64,000 nucleotides of DNA from a virus (lineage: Duplodnaviria > Caudoviricetes). Where the stretch lies: the IMG/VR virus record IMGVR_UViG_3300028591_005215, positions 192,001-256,000 of that record; one strand, 5' to 3'. A model generated the notes under the pieces. It was given only the letters and a program-made list of their open reading frames with translations, was not told the DNA's origin and did not search any database. The position numbers and the translations under genes are program-made. This document shows, piece after piece, positions 59,716-64,000 of this stretch (within the stretch, counting starts at the first letter, position 1; every line of letters begins with the position of its first letter).

Positions 59716-59925
59716 ATGAATGATAATAAATTACGCCAAATAATTAATGAAGAATTAACTAAATCACAGGTTGAATCAATGATTAATTCTAAACTTGAAT
59801 CGTCTTATTCTTCAAAGGATTTTAAAAAAGCCGTTAAAGATTTAAGTGGCGAAGTAGTTAATGAAATTTTTAAACTATTATGGCAGAGAAATAATTTCTG
59901 GAAGAGTAGTGCTACGAGAGTATAA
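59716..59925 (+). CDS. Small protein with an LRQIINEE leader
   Basis: TATTTAT at 59687-59693. Confidence 0.65.
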   Translation: MNDNKLRQIINEELTKSQVESMINSKLESSYSSKDFKKAVKDLSGEVVNEIFKLLWQRNNFWKSSATRV

Positions 59926-59939
59926 TAATAGTTAGATAA

Positions 59940-60290
59940 ATGAAAAAGATAATTATAAACGAAAATAAATTAACTATATTAAAAGAAAGTCAAGAAGAGG
60001 TTACATTTTATAAATTTTTTGTTGAAGTTAAAAACTTTATGAAAGACTTATTAAATGACCCTATAAATGCAAAGCCAAGGGACTTCTTTAAAAATCATGG
60101 TATAAGTAGGAGCGTGTTGATTAATAGGATGTTAGATAAAAATATGCTAACAAAAAAAGAAACTATTAATGAACCAAATGATGCTGATGGAAAAATGAAA
60201 TCAAGGCATTTTATTGAATATAAAGTACCTAAAAAAAATTTTGAAGAAAAAATGCATAGGCTTTATTCATATTTTTTTGAAAATGATTAG
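59940..60290 (+). CDS. Small protein with a KKIIINE...LKE leader
   Basis: 116 aa, operon spacing. Confidence 0.65.
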   Translation: MKKIIINENKLTILKESQEEVTFYKFFVEVKNFMKDLLNDPINAKPRDFFKNHGISRSVLINRMLDKNMLTKKETINEPNDADGKMKSRHFIEYKVPKKNFEEKMHRLYSYFFEND

Positions 60291-60313
60291 TACTATTAAA
60301 ACTATAACTAAAG

Positions 60314-60595
60314 ATGTTAATTAATGAATCAACTATACATAAAATATTAATGGAAACCATTAATGAATTTATAAATGAAGACGGTGCAACTGCTGCTATG
60401 GATGGCGGTAGCTTTAATGGAGCACCTAACGCACAAATTAGTTCTGACGCATCATACGATGTTCCATTAGGAAAAGGTGGGAAAAATAAAAGTACTGTAA
60501 TGAGAAGAACTTTTTGGACTGCTGGTAATTCTGAGAAAACAATGCAAAGCGTTGATGATGAAGATACTGATGTAGTTAATAAAAGGAAAAAATAA
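60314..60595 (+). CDS. Small protein with an INESTIHKILMETINEFINE leader
   Basis: Leader resembles LTESDLHRI..E.V. Confidence 0.65.
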   Translation: MLINESTIHKILMETINEFINEDGATAAMDGGSFNGAPNAQISSDASYDVPLGKGGKNKSTVMRRTFWTAGNSEKTMQSVDDEDTDVVNKRKK

Positions 60596-60601
60596 TATAA
60601 T

Positions 60602-60793
60602 ATGTCTTACGAAGGATTTGATGTTGTAGAAGCACAAAATAATGCTATTAAAAGGGTGCAAGAAGTTGATAAAGAAATACAGAAAGAAATTTCAAAAGGT
60701 AGTATGAGTGACGAGCGTAAAATAACCAAATTAAGATTTGAGCAAATGCTCCGTGGACTTTTTATTACGCAAGACCCGTTGAACCTAAATTAA
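60602..60793 (+). CDS. Small hypothetical protein
   Basis: 63 aa, fills the operon gap. Confidence 0.55.
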   Translation: MSYEGFDVVEAQNNAIKRVQEVDKEIQKEISKGSMSDERKITKLRFEQMLRGLFITQDPLNLN

Positions 60794-60813
60794 ATAAAAT
60801 AAACAAATTAATT

Positions 60814-61674
60814 ATGACAAGAATTGTTTACAATGTAGGAAAGTTAAGAAAAGCTATCAAGGAAAGTGCAGACAATAAGTTTGATAAGAATTCCAAGAAC
60901 GAGTTTAAACCCGTATATGGAAAAGGTGTGCAGGATGGTAACAAGGAGATTAATAGAAAAGCCTACAATGACATTAAAAAAGAAACATCATCATATGATG
61001 GTAATTTAAGTGGTGCTAAAAAGCTAAATAAACTAGGCACAATTACACCTACGGAAAATAGGGGAATGAGTGACTTAGAGTATGATGGTATTTCACAACC
61101 TTTTAAAGATAAAGTTAAATCACAATTAAAAGGTTATACTTCAGCAGATGCTGAAAAGAATCATAGCAAAGATAATTTTGGCAATGCTGAATTTAATTCT
61201 AAGGATGAATCAGAATTTTTTGTTAAGCATGCTAAAGAAGCCAAAAAAGAAAAAGACAAAATGAAAGGAACTGGTTTGACTGGTAGTACTCAAAATAAAT
61301 CAGAAATTGAAAAAAGAAGTGACACTATGTTTGAATCTAAAAAAATTAAAAATATCAAATTCAAGCATACTGAATTTTTAACTGAAGGGCATATGCTTTC
61401 TAAAGTACCTGATGAATTTAAAACAGAAGGGAATAAATTTATGATGAGTGATTCAGAAGGAAATTCTTATATGGTAGAATGGCACACAAATGATGCACCT
61501 GATGTTGAGAAGAAGATTAACAAGAAACTTGTTAATGAAGAAATGAATAGAATCAAATCACTTTACAATTATCATAGCAAAGATTATTTTAACACAACAA
61601 CAGCCAAATCACGTGTGAATGAGAATAAAGAATTCTCTAATTTAATTGATAGGGCAAGGGAATTGATGAAATAA
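60814..61674 (+). CDS. Charged protein, possible prohead core/internal protein
   Basis: AIKE, MFE, LTE, VNEEMNRIKSL and VNE motifs. Confidence 0.55.
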   Translation: MTRIVYNVGKLRKAIKESADNKFDKNSKNEFKPVYGKGVQDGNKEINRKAYNDIKKETSSYDGNLSGAKKLNKLGTITPTENRGMSDLEYDGISQPFKDKVKSQLKGYTSADAEKNHSKDNFGNAEFNSKDESEFFVKHAKEAKKEKDKMKGTGLTGSTQNKSEIEKRSDTMFESKKIKNIKFKHTEFLTEGHMLSKVPDEFKTEGNKFMMSDSEGNSYMVEWHTNDAPDVEKKINKKLVNEEMNRIKSLYNYHSKDYFNTTTAKSRVNENKEFSNLIDRARELMK

Positions 61675-61714
61675 ATGTTTTGAATAATAATGTTATAGAT
61701 ATTTGTAAAAATAA

Positions 61715-62545
61715 ATGGGAACTAAAAATATGGATAAAGACGTTAATATCAGCATTAACGTACCTTCTAACAATGGAAACACTGATGGATATACAACAAA
61801 GGTAAATGTAATTGCAAAGCATATAAAAACGATAGTATCAAGCCTTGCAAATGCTAGTTATGTTAAAATATTTAAAGTGTTTATATCAACTATACTGTTT
61901 TTATTTTGTAGCACAATTGGTTTTTTTGTGTATAATTTATCTAAAAATCAACAAGCTGTAAATACAATTATTGATGAAATGATTGTAACAAAAAAAGAAG
62001 ATGAAGCAAACATGAAAATTCGTGATGCTGTTACACCTCAAATTGATAATGAATTGAAAAAAATAATGTATACAGCGCATGCTGATAGAATAGCAATTTT
62101 TGAGTTGCACAATGGTAAAGAGAATGCTACACGTTTGCCTTTCAGATATGCTGATATGTCTTATGAACAGGTAAATGATAATGATAAAAGTATTAGCTAC
62201 GTTTCGGACGGGTTTCAAAATATTCCGTTAACACATTACACTATACCTTTTTATATAGCTGAAAATACGTATTTTGTAGGAAGTATAGAAGAAGTAAGAT
62301 TAATTGATAAAAGATTTGCTGACCTGATGGATAAAATAGGTGGTAAATATATGTCATCAGTTATTTTGAGGAATGATGGCTCTGATATAGGCTTCTTATG
62401 CTTATTTTATGATACTACAGTACCAATGGATGAAAACAAAAAAGAGGTTGGCGAATTGCTAAAACATATGTCGGATAAAATAAGTCCTCTTCTTGATTTA
62501 AGGGTGCAAAAAAAGAAGTATAAAAATGAAAACCAATTTAACTAA
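61715..62545 (+). CDS. Putative T4 gpt-like holin (N-terminal TM + GAF-like domain)
   Basis: Hydrophobic segment aa ~50-73, then ADRIAIFELHNG...MSYE...IGFLCLFY GAF-like pattern. Confidence 0.5.
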   Translation: MGTKNMDKDVNISINVPSNNGNTDGYTTKVNVIAKHIKTIVSSLANASYVKIFKVFISTILFLFCSTIGFFVYNLSKNQQAVNTIIDEMIVTKKEDEANMKIRDAVTPQIDNELKKIMYTAHADRIAIFELHNGKENATRLPFRYADMSYEQVNDNDKSISYVSDGFQNIPLTHYTIPFYIAENTYFVGSIEEVRLIDKRFADLMDKIGGKYMSSVILRNDGSDIGFLCLFYDTTVPMDENKKEVGELLKHMSDKISPLLDLRVQKKKYKNENQFN

Positions 62546-63242
62546 TAATGGTACTAAAAAAAAGACTATTTTCAAAGTAGTTATTTTCATTTTGTTCATA
62601 CTATTATTGCTTTTTTTAAGCAATAGATGTGCAAACTTTTGCTTGAAAAAAAATAAAATAGAATATGTGGACACTGCTAACGTAAAAATCGTTAAATATA
62701 ACGAAGAAGAAATTGGTAGACTTAGAATAGAAAATGCTAAATTATATGATGCCGTTTCTAGATACCAAAAAGAAATAGATTATTTGTCTCAATTTGCTTA
62801 CGATAAAATATATGATACTGGCAAGGTCGAAACGAATAAAAAAGTAAGTAAAGAAAGCAAAGACAAAAAATCTAATTTAACGGAAGAAGTTGATTCACCA
62901 AGGACATTTGTTTATGAAAACAAGCCTAATGATAGTTTAACTTATAAATTACTAATTAATTCTACAAAAGAGCCTAATTGGTATTCGTTAAATGTTAAAG
63001 TACATGACGTAATAACAGTAGTGAATAAAGATAAAGGCAATGGTCAAAATGAATTAACGATTAAAACTGACAATAAAGCAGATATTAGTGATGTTACTGT
63101 TTTTAAAAAGAAAAAGAAAGTGAACATTTTTAACAAAATAGCAATTGTGCCAGGTGTTTTTTATGGATATGACATAAAAAATAAAAATTTAGGATATGGT
63201 GTTGGCGTTACAATAGGATATAATATATTTGGCACTAAATAG
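62526..63242 (+). CDS. Membrane-anchored protein, spanin-like candidate
   Basis: N-terminal TM, short coiled coil, basic KKKKK, then C-terminal beta-hairpin ...GYGVGVTIGYNIF. Confidence 0.45.
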   Translation: MKTNLTNNGTKKKTIFKVVIFILFILLLLFLSNRCANFCLKKNKIEYVDTANVKIVKYNEEEIGRLRIENAKLYDAVSRYQKEIDYLSQFAYDKIYDTGKVETNKKVSKESKDKKSNLTEEVDSPRTFVYENKPNDSLTYKLLINSTKEPNWYSLNVKVHDVITVVNKDKGNGQNELTIKTDNKADISDVTVFKKKKKVNIFNKIAIVPGVFYGYDIKNKNLGYGVGVTIGYNIFGTK

Positions 63243-63250
63243 AAAAATAA

Positions 63251-63286
63251 CCCCCAATAGGTATTTACTATTGGGGGATTTTTTTT
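63251..63286 (+). terminator. Intrinsic terminator
   Basis: cccccaatag...ctattggggg plus T-tract. Confidence 0.85.
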
Positions 63287-63309
63287 ATCTTTTATGAAAG
63301 AATATAATA

Positions 63310-63504
63310 ATGATAGGAACATTTTTATTAGGTGTAAAAGTTTTTGCCTTTATATTTGCAATTCTTGTTTTAATTAGAGATTGCTATAACTTTTCTAAAG
63401 TTTTGGTACTAAAAGAAGGGAAATATGAAACAACAGTAAAGGGGCAAGTATTGTTGGCTTCATCAATTTCTTATATTATCACAATGTTAATAATAGGTTT
63501 TTAA
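63310..63504 (+). CDS. Small two-TM membrane protein
   Basis: Two hydrophobic segments in 64 aa. Confidence 0.6.
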   Translation: MIGTFLLGVKVFAFIFAILVLIRDCYNFSKVLVLKEGKYETTVKGQVLLASSISYIITMLIIGF

Positions 63505-63517
63505 AGATTTATATATA

Positions 63518-64000
63518 GTGTTACAAAATAAAATAGATGAAATTAAGCCATATTTTAGGTCTTTGGAAACATATAATGATGCACTTATTGTACGTGTCCA
63601 ATTTCCTAACAAATGGGCTGTTTTCCCATCAGACGATGGTAAAATTAAACCAGCACCGTCTTCGCAAGTTGCAAATGAATATTTTTATTATGGTGATGGT
63701 AAAGATGTATCTTTGGAAGATATATTTGATTTCGTTAAAGAAACAATTGAAGTTAACCAAAGTTTAGAAATAAAAGCTAAATTACTTGTAGAAAGAGCCA
63801 AAGAATTACAGGAGCTTTTTGAAACTACTCCATTAGAAAAGTTAAAAACACTTAAATTTGTTATGGAGGACGTTAAAAAGAATAAGCCTAAGAGAAAGTA
63901 TACGAAGAAAAAGAAAATTGAACCTGAAGCAAAAGAATTGGCTGAAAATAAATCTAATCATGAAGATGAAGACACAGTAAAGGTCACAGAAGAAGTTTGT
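63518..64000 (+). CDS. Hypothetical protein, 3'-truncated (GTG start, MLQNKIDEIKPYFRSLETY...)
   Basis: Frame open from 63518 to the window end; absent from the ORF track because it has no stop. Confidence 0.65.
   Translation, partial: MLQNKIDEIKPYFRSLETYNDALIVRVQFPNKWAVFPSDDGKIKPAPSSQVANEYFYYGDGKDVSLEDIFDFVKETIEVNQSLEIKAKLLVERAKELQELFETTPLEKLKTLKFVMEDVKKNKPKRKYTKKKKIEPEAKELAENKSNHEDEDTVKVTEEVC

Noticed and set aside
63537-63767. 76-aa ORF in the track
   Set aside because: Out-of-frame shadow of the longer open frame starting at GTG 63518
1-64000. Stop-codon reassignment (TAG to Gln, as in Lak and some crAss-like phages)
   Set aside because: Long intact ORFs under the standard code; TAG terminates genes at sensible boundaries (4759, 8103, 14529, 19261, 63242)
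1-64000. tRNA/rRNA genes and the many short antisense ORFs
   Set aside because: No cloverleaf/T-loop signatures seen in intergenic DNA; antisense ORFs overlap well-supported genes and lack motifs

Overview
AT-rich, gene-dense segment of a large T4-like (myovirus-type, probably jumbo) phage. A Bacteroidota host is likely: canonical TTTG-N19-TAnnTTTG promoters, A-rich leaders without Shine-Dalgarno sequences, BACON/BspA-like virion domains. It uses the standard code. Replication and recombination genes (gp32-like SSB, tdk, RecA/UvsX, 5'-3' exonuclease, intein-containing DnaB-like helicase, nrdD/nrdG, primase, RuvC-like nuclease, separated sbcD and sbcC, sigma70-family factor) are interleaved with virion genes (hub/peptidoglycan hydrolase, gp13-like neck, gp25, gp6-like wedge, large baseplate/tail proteins, probable head-internal proteins) and a probable lysis cassette. 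Selfish elements: two group I introns in nrdD (one with a GIY-YIG endonuclease), a LAGLIDADG intein, two Zn-repeat/PD-(D/E)XK/GNAT-like genes, a TnpB-only IS200/IS605 element and a decayed IS1595-like fragment. The two most notable observations are (i) a conserved KKLIRLTESDLHxIxxxSVxRxxKE leader fused to unrelated cargo domains in stand-alone cassettes, a candidate modular capsid-loading system, and (ii) a TnpB element whose first 9 nt equal its own predicted guide seed and restore the neighbouring stop codon. All calls come from motif recognition by eye; no searches were run.
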